A stretch of 20,000 nt of DNA from Chiloscyllium plagiosum (lineage: Eukaryota). Under the pieces are notes generated by a model. The model did no database searches. It saw only the letters and a program-made list of their open reading frames with translations, and was not told the DNA's origin. Positions 9,310-19,055 of the stretch are shown piece after piece (the first letter of the stretch is position 1; the number at the start of each line of letters is the position of its first letter). The DNA is taken from the NCBI RefSeq assembly GCF_004010195.1, contig NC_057754.1, forward strand, positions 2,051,139 to 2,071,138, given 5' to 3'. A program made the position numbers and the translations under genes.

Positions 9310-11513
9310 GATTTAGATGGAGAGGAATTTGTTAAGTGTGTACAAGACAATTTTCTGATTCGGTATGTGAATGTACCTACTAGAGAAGATGCAAAATTTG
9401 ACCTACTCTTGGGAAATAAGGCAGGGCAGGTGACTGAGGTGTCAGTGGGGGAGCACTTTGGGGCCAGCGACCATAATTCTATTAGATTTAAAATAGTGAT
9501 GGAAAAGGATAGATCAGATCTAAAAGTTGAAGTTCTAAATTGGAGAAAGGCCAATTTTGACGGTATTAGGCATGAACTTTCGAAAGCTGATTGGGGGGAA
9601 ATGTTCACAGGTAAAGGGACGGCTGGAAAATGGGAAGCCTTCAGAAATGAGATAACGAGAATCCAGAGAAAGTATATTCCTGTCAGGGTGAAAGGGAAGG
9701 CGGGGAGGTATAGGCAATGCTGGATGACTAAAGGTATTGAGGGGTTGGTTAAGAAAAAGAAGGAAGCATATGTCAGGTATAGATAGGATAGATCGAGTGA
9801 ATACTTAGAAGAGTATAAAGGAAGTAGGAGTATACTTAAGTGGGAAATCAGGAGGGCAAAAAGGGGACATGCGATACCTTTGGCAAATAGAATTAAGGAA
9901 AATCCAAAGGGTTTTTGCAAATACATTAAGGACAAAAGGGTAACTAGGGAGAGAATAGAGCCCTTCAAAGATCAGCAAGACGGCCTTTGTGTGGAATCGC
10001 AGAAAATGGGGGAGATACTAAATGAGTAATTTGCATCAGTATTTACTGTGGAAAAGGATGTGGAAGTTATAGAGTATAAGGAAATAGATGATGACATCTT
10101 GCAAAGTGTCCAGATTACAGAGGAGGAACTGCGGGATGTCTTGAAATGGTTAAAGGTGGATAAATCCCCAGGGCCTGATCAGGTGTACCTGAAAACTCTG
10201 TGGGAAGCTAGAGAAGTGATTGCTGGGCCCCTTGCTGAGATATTTGTATCATTGATAGTCACAGGTGAGGTTCAGAAGACTGGAGGTTGGCAAATATGGT
10301 GCCATTATTTAAGAAGAGTGGTAAGGACAAGCCAGGGAACTATAGACCGGTGAGCCTGACCTCGGTGGTGGGCAAGTTGTTGGAGGAAATCCTGAGGGAC
10401 AGGATGTACATGTATTTGGGAAGGCAAGGACTGATTAGGGATAGTCAACATGGCTTTGTGCATGGGAAATCATGTCTCACAAACTTGATTGAGTTTTTTG
10501 AAGAAGTATCAAAGAAGATTGATGAGGGCAGAGCTGTAGATGTGATCTGCATGGACTTCAGTAAGGCGTTCGACAAGGTTCCCCATGGGAGACTGATTAG
10601 CAAGGTTAGACCTCATGGAATACAGGGAGAACTAGCCATTCAGATACAGAACTTGCTCAAAGGTAGAAATCAGAGGGTGGTGGTGGAAGGTTGTTTTTCA
10701 GACTGGAGGCCTGTGACCAGTGGAGTGCCACTAGGATCTGTGTGGATGCTGGGTCCTCTACTTTTTGTCATTTACATAAATGATTTGGATGCGAGCATAA
10801 GAGATACAGTTAGTAAGTTTGCAGATGACACCAAAATTGGAGGTGTAATGGACAGCGAAGAGGGTTACCTCAGATTACAACAGGATCTTGACCAGATGGG
10901 CCAATGGGCTGAGAAGTGGCAGATGGAGTTTAATTTAGATAAATGCGAGGTGCTGCATTTTGGGAAAGCAAATCAGAGCAGGACTTATACACTTAATGGG
11001 AAGGTCCTGGGGAGTGTTGCTGAACAAAGAGATCTTGGAGTGCAGGTTCATAGCTCCTTGAAAGTGGAGTGACAGGTCAATAGGATAGTGAAGAAGGCGT
11101 TTGGTAAGCTTTCTTTTATTGGTCAGAGTATTGAGTACAGGAGTTGGGAGATAATGTTGCGGCTGTACAGGATGTTGGTTAGGCCACTGTTGGAATATTG
11201 TGTGCAATTCTGGTCTCCTTCCTATCGGAAAGATATTGTGAAACTTGAAAGGGTTCAGAAACGATTTGCAAGGATGTTGCCAGGTTTGGAGGATTTGAGC
11301 TACAGGGAGAGGCTGAACAAGCTGTTTTCCCTGGAGCATCAGAGGCTGAGGGGTGACCATATAGAGGTTTACAAAATTAGGAGGGGCATGGCTAGGGTAA
11401 ATAGACAAAGTCTTTTCTCTGGGGTCGGGGAGTCCAGAACTAGAGGGCATAGGTTTAGGGTGAGAGGGGAAAGCCACAAAAGAGACCTAAGGGGCAACTA
11501 TTTCACGCAGAGG
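9310..11513 (+). pseudogene. CR1 ORF2 (partial APE endonuclease plus reverse transcriptase), disrupted
   Basis: 'PTREDAKFDLLL', 'GASDHNSIRF', 'KSPGPD', 'PGNYRPVSLTS', 'QHGF', 'DFSKAFDKVPH', 'SGVP.GS..LGPLLF', 'FADDTK' and 'LERVQKRFARM'. Broken by stops and frameshifts (~9790, 10027, ~10270, 11070). Confidence 0.95.
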
Positions 11514-11559
11514 GATAGAAATATGATCTGGAATAATGTGCTTCTTGGCTTCCTGTGGT

Positions 11560-11907
11560 TGTTTTTTAAAAATTTAATTAATTCATGGGATTTATTGCCA
11601 TGCCCAGCATTTATTGCCCATCCCTAATTACCCAGAAGACAGTTAAGGGTCAACCACATTGTTGTGGGTCTGGAGTCACATGTAGGCCAGACCAGGTAAG
11701 GATGGCAGTTTCCTTCCTTAAAGGACACTAGTGACCCAGATGGGTTTTTCTAACAATGGATTCAAGGTCAACATTAGACTCTTAATTCCAGACATTTATT
11801 GAATTCAAATTCCTGCCATGACAGGATTTGAACCCAGGGCCACAGAACATAACCTGGATCACTGGATTAACAGTCTAACAATAATGCAACTAGACCACTA
11901 CCTCCCC
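11560..11907 (-). mobile_element. tRNA-derived SINE (same family as 5572-6045)
   Basis: The minus strand starts GGGGAGGTAGTGGTCTAGTTG and has the B box GGGTTCAAATCC. It shares the body GGTCTGGCCTACATGTGACTCCAGACCCACAACAATGTGGTTGACCCTTAA and has an A-rich tail. Confidence 0.82.
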
Positions 11908-11944
11908 CTCTAGTGTCCTTCAGTGTCTCTAGTTTGAGACACTG

Positions 11945-13242
11945 AACAGGGGCTATCATTAGTGTCCACTATTGAGGATGAGATTGCTGCATATGTGGAA
12001 GTGTGTGGTAAAACAGGGCCGAGTCAGTACAGCTTTGTCAATACCTGACACATCAGTTAGAATTCTTTGAGGAGACAATTAGCAAATTAGACATACGAGA
12101 GTCAGTGAATGTGATCTGTTTGGATTTTTAGAAGGTCTTTGACAAGTTGCAACACAGGAAACTGCTAAATATGATAAGAGACCGTGATATTAGAGGCAAG
12201 GTAATAACATGGCTGGAGAATTAGTTTTCTGACAGAAGGCAGAGAGTGGGGATAAAGGAGTCTTTTTCAGGATGTCAGCTGGTGACCAGTGGAGTTCTGC
12301 AAGGTTCTGTGTTGGAACCAGAACTATTCACATTATGCATTAATGATCTGGATGAAGGAACTGAGGGCATTGTGTCTTCTGAAAACTCAGCAACAATGAT
12401 AGAGAAAATGTTGTGGAAGCAGGGAAGCTGCAGAAGACTTAGAAAGACAAGAAGAGTGGGCAAAGAAGTGGCAGATGGCGTTCAATGTGGGAAAGTATGA
12501 GGTTATGCACTTTGGTAGGAAGAATAGAGGTATAGGCTCTTTTCTAAATGGGGATTGGCTTCAGAAATCTGAAGCCTTCGGAACTTAAGAGTGTTAATTC
12601 AGGATTCATTTAACGTTTACATGCAGGTTCAGTTGTCAGTTAGAGCAAATGCAATATCAGCATTCATTTTGAGGTGCTAAAATACAAGAGCTGGAATCTA
12701 CTGCTGAGGCAGACCACATTTGGTATATTGTGAGCAGTTTTGGGTCCCATAACCAAGGAAAGATGTGCTGGAGTTGGAGAGGGTCCAGAGGAGGTTTACA
12801 AAAATGATCCTGGGACTGAAATGCTTGTCATTATGAGGAGTGGTTGAAGACTCTGGGACTATACTCAATGGAGTTTAGAAGGCTGGGGGGACTCTCTTCG
12901 AAACATACAGAATACTGAGTGGCTTAGATAGAGTAGACATAGAGAGGTTTCTCCTAGTAGAAGACACTAGGACTCACTGGCATACCCTCAGAACTGAGAT
13001 GAAAAGGAATTTCTTCAGCCAGTGGGTGGTGAATATGTAGGACTCATTACCGCCGAGGGTTGTGGATGCCAAGTCATTTGAGTGTATTTAAGACTGAGAC
13101 AAGTTCTTGATTAGTAAGGGGATCAAGGATAATGGGGAGAAGGCAGGAGAATGGGGTTGAAAAGCACATTAGCCATGATGCAGTGGCAGAGCAGACTCTA
13201 GCAGCTGAATAGCCAAATTTTGTTCCTGTATGTTATGGTCAT
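11945..13242 (+). mobile_element. Older, decayed CR1 LINE (RT to 3' tail)
   Basis: 'EFFEE', 'LDF*KVFDK', 'VTSGVLQGSVLEPELFTLCINDLDEG', 'WQMAFNVGK' and 'LERVQRRFTKMI'. The 3' tail ends ...TTCCTGTATGTTATGGTC. Confidence 0.88.
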
Positions 13243-13329
13243 CTTGCTGCCAATTTTCAATAAAGTCACAGTATATAAGCTAGACTATTGTCTTGAGAGC
13301 TTGTGACATTGACCAAGTCTGACTTAATG

Positions 13330-13433
13330 TTTCCTCATGTGATTTGTTGTCATACTTTGTTTTAAAATGACCCTGTGAAATGTCTTGGGATATTTCATTA
13401 CATTAAAGTGCTTTGTAAATGTAGGTTGTTGTG
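13330..13433 (+). mobile_element. L2-type LINE/SINE 3' terminal fragment
   Basis: CCTGTGAAATGTCTTGGGATATTTCATTACATTAAAGTGCTTTGTAAATGTAGGTTGTTGT resembles the L2 3' end (TGTGAAGCGCCTTGGG...AAAGGCGCTATATAAAT..(GTT)n). Confidence 0.55.
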
Positions 13434-14480
13434 AAATGTCTGAAGTTATCTGTGGCATTTGAAAGGTATGTGGGGGTGGGGGGAGAGGTGAGGAGGGTGC
13501 AGTGAAGCATAGTAACTCTACTGACAAGCCCCTGAGTGACATGTTTCAGTTCAGCTTGGTTGGAATAGAGTTCGAGTTGAATTTTTCTGTCTTGACCTTG
13601 AAATTGGGTATGTATTTTATAAACCTACTCAAGATTAGCAGTAAGATTTGAAGCCTGATTTATGAATTTTACTGGCTGTCTTCCTTTGTCAGCCTACTTC
13701 ATACCATTAACCTCCAGAAGCTGTTGAAGTCAACAATGTGACTAAGTGCATTTGTGCATGTCAATACAGCATTGATTTACCTGAGGTTGTCTTAAGACTT
13801 CAGGTTTCTTAGAAAACCTCTCAGTTCCAGCTGTAAAAGATTAGGAATTGTCAGTAACAACATCCAGGAAATACGTTCTGTGTGCCAATCTTTGTGAACC
13901 CATGCAAGATTTATTATGCACAAATATAAATTTGACATAATCTTTAGTTTAAACCAGTGAATTATGAAGATTATTTCTGTGAAAGAGAAAGACACTTCCA
14001 CACAAGAGACCTTCTATTTGATTTTGTGAGCAAGAGAAAGAAAAAAACAGAGACATCTGTATTTATACATCAGAGAGATTATCTGTAACATCAAAATGGC
14101 CCCTATGCATGGGCAGACATGATTCGTGGTCAGCTGGACATGACAGGCAACAGGGAGCCTCTGTACACACATGCACTGCTGACATCATTGGGAGGGGGAG
14201 GTGGAGTTGGAGGCTGATGAAGCAGAGTTTCTTCTTCCCATTGGCGTCAGCTGTTATTCATTCACTGCGGCCACCCAGCCATCTCCAGTCACCCCAGCAC
14301 CCAGAGAGAGGCCCTTCCTGGAGTGAGGAGCCTATGCCAGCAGGCCAGGGCTTTCACGGCTGTCCCCTCCCTTCCACCACACCACCCTCACTCAGATTCC
14401 AACATTCCCGATAATGATGTAAGCTGGCCATGACATTGTGTACCTGTTTTTCATTGCTTCACTTCATAGTAGCGTTCACA

Positions 14481-14927
14481 ATAAGTGCAGCCTTTATACA
14501 TGACCTTTCATGATATCCCATAGCACTTTACAACCAATGAAATCCTTTTAAAGTGTTCTATTTGTAGTTATTCTGAGTTTTGACAGGCAGTTTTCCCTGA
14601 GAAAACTTTTACAAACTGCAAAATAATAATGGTCAAACAATTTGTTGTTTGGTGATTTGGATTACTGCATTTATTATTAAAAATTAGCCAAGTCACGAGG
14701 GGTTAATTCTCTGCTGTCTTAGAAACAGTAGAATGGAAACCTTTGTATCCACCTAAGAGTGCAGGTAGGATATCGCTTTAAAGACTTATCTGAAAGATGG
14801 TAGCTCCGACAGTGCAGCACCGTCTTGATTCTCTGTTGGTGTGTCAGGTTTTTGTGCACAAGTCTCTGGAGAAACCTGGGCCCACAACTCTCAGACTCAA
14901 AGACCAACCAGAAAGCTGCCAACTGAC
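14481..14927 (-). mobile_element. DeuSINE (SacSINE1/AmnSINE1-related), decayed
   Basis: On the minus strand, a tRNA-like head (TCAGTTGGCAGC...TGAGTCTGAGAGTTGTGGG) is followed by a Deu core (GTGCTGCACTGTCGGAGCTACCATCTTTCAGATAAG...CTCTTAGGTGGATACAAA) and an L2-like tail (TTCATTGGTTGTAAAGTGCTATGGGA). Confidence 0.78.
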
Positions 14928-15469
14928 ATCAAAATACATCTCCACCAGGAACATCCATATTTAAGAACAAACACTGCAGATCCATGCATTCATGAGCAGT
15001 AGTAATTGACGCAATGCTTATACGTAAAATATTGATAGCTTAAAATAGTAGAAATCTTTTTCACTTCATCCAGGTGTGAAAATGTCGTTCATATAACTCA
15101 CAAAATCAGTAAGTCAAATTCTCAATCCTGTCTTATTTCTTTGCACATCTGTCTGGAAAATGAAACATACTTGGGTAACTTGAAATGAGGAATAACAGAC
15201 ATTTACCATGTGCTTCCTGGTTCTTTCTGTTTTTATCAGGCTTTTCTGCACCTTTGGGAAATCAGCAAGTAAACAGTATTGTTACTCTATTAGTTCTATG
15301 ACTACAGTATCTCTAAAAGGATTATAAAGGAAATCCTGGTGAATGTAGATCAAAGAGACCCCAGGCTCGGAGGAGCTGCTATTTAGAGCAAAGGAGTTGG
15401 TCCAGGAAGGGAATAATTGAAAGTTTAGGAATTTGTAGCACAGCCCAGTTCCTGTTGGCTAATTTAAAA

Positions 15470-15640
15470 AAAAAGTGGCTAAATAATGGCACTACCCAGT
15501 GTGTCACTAATCCCCACAGATGAATGGGGTTCCTAGTCTAATTGCCCATGTGTGCTGAGTTAATAGATCTTAGATCAGGCACTACAATTGTCCTCAGTAA
15601 CATCTGGGGTAAAGTAGAAAGATTACAAGATCAGCAGCTT
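15470..15640 (+). repeat. Probable ancient SINE fragment
   Basis: TGTGCTGAGTTAATAGATCTTAG...CTACAATTGTCCTCAGT resembles a decayed elasmobranch tRNA-SINE body as I recall it. It is strongly diverged. Confidence 0.35.
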
Positions 15641-16429
15641 TTCTGACATGCAGCTGTTTGAAATACGCTGCTTTTGTTTCTTTTCCCTCGTAGGGTCCAC
15701 TCTGCACTCCAGTACCAGCAAACATTGTTTAATAGTACTTCAGTACTGTGTGCAGTTGTAGTGGCTGTGGTTTAAAAAACCATTCAGTTTCTAAAGAAGG
15801 GTGTCAATCAGAGTGATGAAGCTGGACCCCAGCATTAAAGAGATGAACTTTGAGAAAAAAATGAGATAAGCTAAATGCCTTCAGCTTCAAAAAGTGTCTT
15901 CTAACAGAGGCAATTTTAGTGCAAACACAGAACTTTCAGATATGCAAACAGGATCAAGGCAAGTTGAGGACAGAGACCAAGAGAAATTTAGGGTGTAGGT
16001 TTGCTCGCTGAGCTGTAGGTTTGATATCCAGACGTTTCCTTACCTGGCTAGCCTCCAAGTGAAGCGAAGCTGTTGTCTCCTGCTTTCTATTTATATGTTT
16101 GTCCTGGTTGGGGTTCTTGGGGTTTGTGGTGATGTCATTTCCTATTCGTTTTCTGAGGGGTTAATAGATGGTATCTAGATCTATGTGTTTGTTTATGGCG
16201 TTGTGGTTGGAGTGCCAGGCCTCTAGGAATTCTCTGGCATGTCTTTGCTTGGCCTGTCCCAGGATAGATGTGTTGTCCCAGTCGAAATGGTGTTTTTTTT
16301 TCATCCATGTGTAGGGCTACAAGGGAGAGAGGGTCGTGTCTTTTTGTGGCTAGCTGGTGTTCGTGTATCCTGGTGGCTAACTTTCTTTCTGTTTGTCCTA
16401 CGTAGTTTTTGTGGCATTCCTTGCATGGA

Positions 16430-16563
16430 GGAGAAAGTGAGGTCTGCAGATGCTGGAGATCAAAGTTGAAACTTTATTGCTGGAACAGCACAGCAGGTCA
16501 GGCAGCATCCAGGGAACAGGAGATTCGACGTTTCGGGCACAGGCCCTTCTTCAGGGCCTGACC
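16430..16563 (-). mobile_element. Family A short element, copy 3 (one full arm plus a vestigial inverted arm), nested in the PLE GIY-YIG domain
   Basis: Shares GAGAAAGTGAGGTCTGCAGATGCTGGAGATCA...CAGCAGGTCAGGCAGCATCC with copy 1. TSD TGCATGGA (16422-16429 / 16564-16571). Confidence 0.9.
16522..16556 (-). ncRNA. Minimal hammerhead ribozyme motif (family A)
   Basis: The minus strand reads CTGAAGA-A-GGGC-CTGT-GCCC-GAAA-CGTC. The core is intact, and stem II is identical to copy 1 while the loop differs (CTGT vs TTAT). Confidence 0.75.
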
Positions 16564-17306
16564 TGCATGGAATTTTGTAGATGACGTTGGTTTTGTCCAT
16601 GGATTGTACTGGGTCTTTTAAGTTTGTTAGTTTTTGTTTGAGAGTATTGGTGGGTTTGTGTGCTACTAGGATTCTGAGGGGTCTTAGTAATCTGGCTGTC
16701 ATTTCTGAGACTTCTTTGATGTATGGTAAGGTGGTTAGGGTTTCTGGCTGTGTTAGGTCTGCTAATCGTGGTTTGTTCTTGAGGAATCTGCGGACTGTAT
16801 TTTTTCAGTATCTGTTCTTCTTGAATACGTTGTATAGGTGGTTCTCCTCTGTTTTCCGAAGTTCGTCTGTGCTGCAGTGTGTGGTGGCTCGTTGGAATAG
16901 TGTTCTGAAACAGCTTTGTTTGTGTGTATTGGGATGGTTGCTAGTGTAGTTAAGTATTTGGTCAGTGTTTGTCGGTTTTCTGTATACGCAGGTTTGTAGT
17001 TCTCCGTTGTCCTTTCTTTCGACTGTGACGTCCAGGAATGCGAGTTTGTTGTCAGTTTCTTCCTCCTTGGTGAACTTTATGCCTGTGAGGGTGTTGTTGA
17101 TGATGTTAAATGTCTCTTCTATCTTGTTTCGTTTTGTGTTGGCAAAGGTGTCATCTACGTAGCGGACCCAGATTTTTGGTTTGATGGTTGGTAGGGCTGT
17201 TTGTTCTAGTCTTTGCATTACCGCTTCTGCTATGAATCCTGATAGCGGAGATCCCTGCGTATACTTGCGTATAAAACAACTTTTCAAGAAGAACGGATAC
17301 TCAAAA

Positions 17307-17467
17307 AATTCTGTATCCAGACAGCTAAGTTCCCCTGTTTCCCACTCCTCCTGACCTTCTGAATGAGCCTACCATGGGGAACCTTATCAAATGCCTTGCT
17401 AAAGTCCATATACACCCATATCCACAGCTCGACCCTCATCAACTTTTCTAGTCACATCCTCAAAGAA
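17307..17467 (-). mobile_element. Internal CR1 RT fragment captured at the PLE inversion junction
   Basis: The minus strand translates to 'FFEDVTRKVDEGRAVD..VYMDFSKAFDKVPHGRLIQKVRRSGKQGNLAVWIQN', homologous to 10494-10652. Confidence 0.9.
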
Positions 17468-17604
17468 CATAGATCTAGATACCATCTATCAACCTCTCAG
17501 AAAACGAACAGGAAATGACATCACCACAAACCCCAGGAACCCCATCCAGGACAAACATATATATAGAAAGCAAGAGACAACAGCTTTGCTTCACTTGGAG
17601 GTCG

Positions 17605-17644
17605 CCACTGGTGATGTTACCTAGCCAGGTAATGAAACGTCTGG
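17605..17644 (+). ncRNA. Minimal type I hammerhead ribozyme motif (family B) in the PLE pseudo-LTR
   Basis: Stem I CCA/TGG, core CTGGTGA (one substitution from CTGATGA), stem II GTTACCT-AGCC-AGGTAAT, GAAA, CGTC. Confidence 0.72.
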
Positions 17645-18578
17645 ATATCAAACCTACAGCTCAGCGAGCAAACCTACACCCTAAACCTCAACCTGAGCTA
17701 CAAACCTTCACAAACCTTGCACCAAGAGAAATGTTTTACTCAAAGGTGAGCACGTGGGGTTAGCAAGGGACATGTGTTTATGAAATTGCAGGATGCTGCA
17801 AAGGACTTCTACCTGGAAGACTGAGATGGAGCAAGTTTTTTTTTAACTTGAATCTATCTTGGCAATGTTGTGTTTTTTCGAGCATTTTGTTGAAATTATT
17901 TCTATTTGTTTATTGAAGTCAGGAAGGAGTTGAAGGATGTACGTGTCATTGTAGTTCCCATGCAGGAGTTCAGGTCAGTCGATATCAAAGAACAAGCTGC
18001 TTTGAGAAACACTTTAGGTGTTAAATATACTGAATAGAGCTTTCTCATTAGAGGTTGTTAATAAACTGGATTGACTTTATTGCCTATACACCATTTGACA
18101 TTGTTGGAGTGGGGCAACGGGGAATTGTGGAAAACTGAGGACATTTGGTCTGAACTGTCTATGTTGATGTTTCTGCTCCACGCCAGCAACTCCTGCCTTT
18201 CCACATCGACATCTATCATCATAACTCTCTAATTCCTTCAGCCACAAATACTTGCTTAATTGACCCTTAAATTGACTCTTTGTTCTTTCATTAATTGGCC
18301 ATCTAAGGACCTCAACCTGATGGCAAAGTGAGAAGGTTGAGAATGGCACCTCCTACCCAAAATTAAATTCCATTGAAGGTGGAACAGCAGAGGGGACTGC
18401 CTTAGTTAAGTTGCCTTCCCATTCTAGCTCTGCTTGCTCCAAGACCACAAGAGTCTGCCCATTCTTTCTGTATCCATGCTATCAAAATCTTCCATAATTT
18501 TAAAGTCCTTCATTAGGTCATCACTCAGCCATTGTTTTTGAGAGTGAAGAGACTCAACATGTTAATTCTTTAATTCTC

Positions 18579-18730
18579 CCACACACACACACCAACACTC
18601 ACTCTCTCAGACATACCACACACACACACACACACATACACACACATACAAGCTTATGCACACATACTCTATCACGTGCACACACGCCCACATGCACACT
18701 CAATCTATTGCTCCTACATGCGCACACATA
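18579..18730. repeat. Imperfect (CA)n microsatellite
   Basis: Interrupted CA runs seen directly in the sequence. Confidence 0.9.
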
Positions 18731-19020
18731 TAAGTTTATGGGGTGAATTTGTTTTTGCAGAATTACATTTTATTTTGCTCAAAAACTGCATGGATCCATG
18801 TAAAACTCGAGACAGACTTTACACCTATTGTTTAAAAAGCTGAGCTATTTTGAGAATGTAACTTAAAAGAAGTTTTGGGATTTACCCATCAAAGCACAGA
18901 AACCAATATATCCCATTATAAAAGATGCAAGTTTTCTAAGATTGTTTACTGTATCACATCTCCATGACACTGGACTCCTTTGGCTATAAATTCTGTGAGC
19001 ATGATCTTAACCTCCACAAC

Positions 19021-19055
19021 CACCTGATAAAAGAGCGGCACTCCGAAAGCTAGTG
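19021..19055 (+). ncRNA. Degenerate minimal hammerhead ribozyme motif (family C)
   Basis: Stem I CAC/GTG, core CTGATAA (G to A from CTGATGA), stem II GAG..CTC, GAAA, palindromic AGCT then A (CUA triplet). Confidence 0.6.

Larger units (their letters stand above)
8610..11513 (+). mobile_element. CR1 LINE (HER1-like) retaining 5' UTR and ORF1 N-terminus, with an internal deletion and a lost 3' end
   Basis: ORF1 Zn finger/coiled coil is followed by the ORF2 endonuclease C-terminal part and RT. Homology stops at 'NYFTQR' (~11513). The 5' boundary is approximate. Confidence 0.92.
16160..17255 (-). pseudogene. PLE ORF remnant: reverse transcriptase plus GIY-YIG endonuclease
   Basis: RT: 'GSPLSGFIAEAVM', 'WVRYVDDTF', 'IKFTKEEE..KLAFLDV' and 'VYRKPTNTD..LNYTSNHP'. 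Endonuclease: 'NVIYKIPC|KECHKNYVGQTERKLATRIHEH...HFDWDN..IL....AREFLEAWH....IN'. There is a stop at 16805, an insertion at 16430-16563 and an A-tract frameshift at ~16295. Confidence 0.93.
15988..17720 (-). mobile_element. Penelope-like retroelement, 5'-truncated, with inverted pseudo-LTRs
   Basis: Perfect 12-bp TSD ACCAAGAGAAAT (15976-15987 / 17721-17732). Inverted repeat ~15987-16186 vs 17467-17685 plus a 35-nt unpaired tail (17686-17720). RT and GIY-YIG are on the minus strand. Confidence 0.95.

Noticed and set aside
9249..9968. 239-aa hydrophobic minus-strand ORF (also 10935-11477 and 16581-16949)
   Set aside because: These are antisense shadows of purine-rich CR1 and PLE coding strands.
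10287..11072. Functional or domesticated reverse transcriptase gene
   Set aside because: It is part of a CR1 ORF2 broken by stops and frameshifts on both sides.
14100..14420. GC-richer 101-aa ORF as a host exon
   Set aside because: No recognisable domain or convincing splice sites. It is more likely a decayed repeat that I cannot classify.
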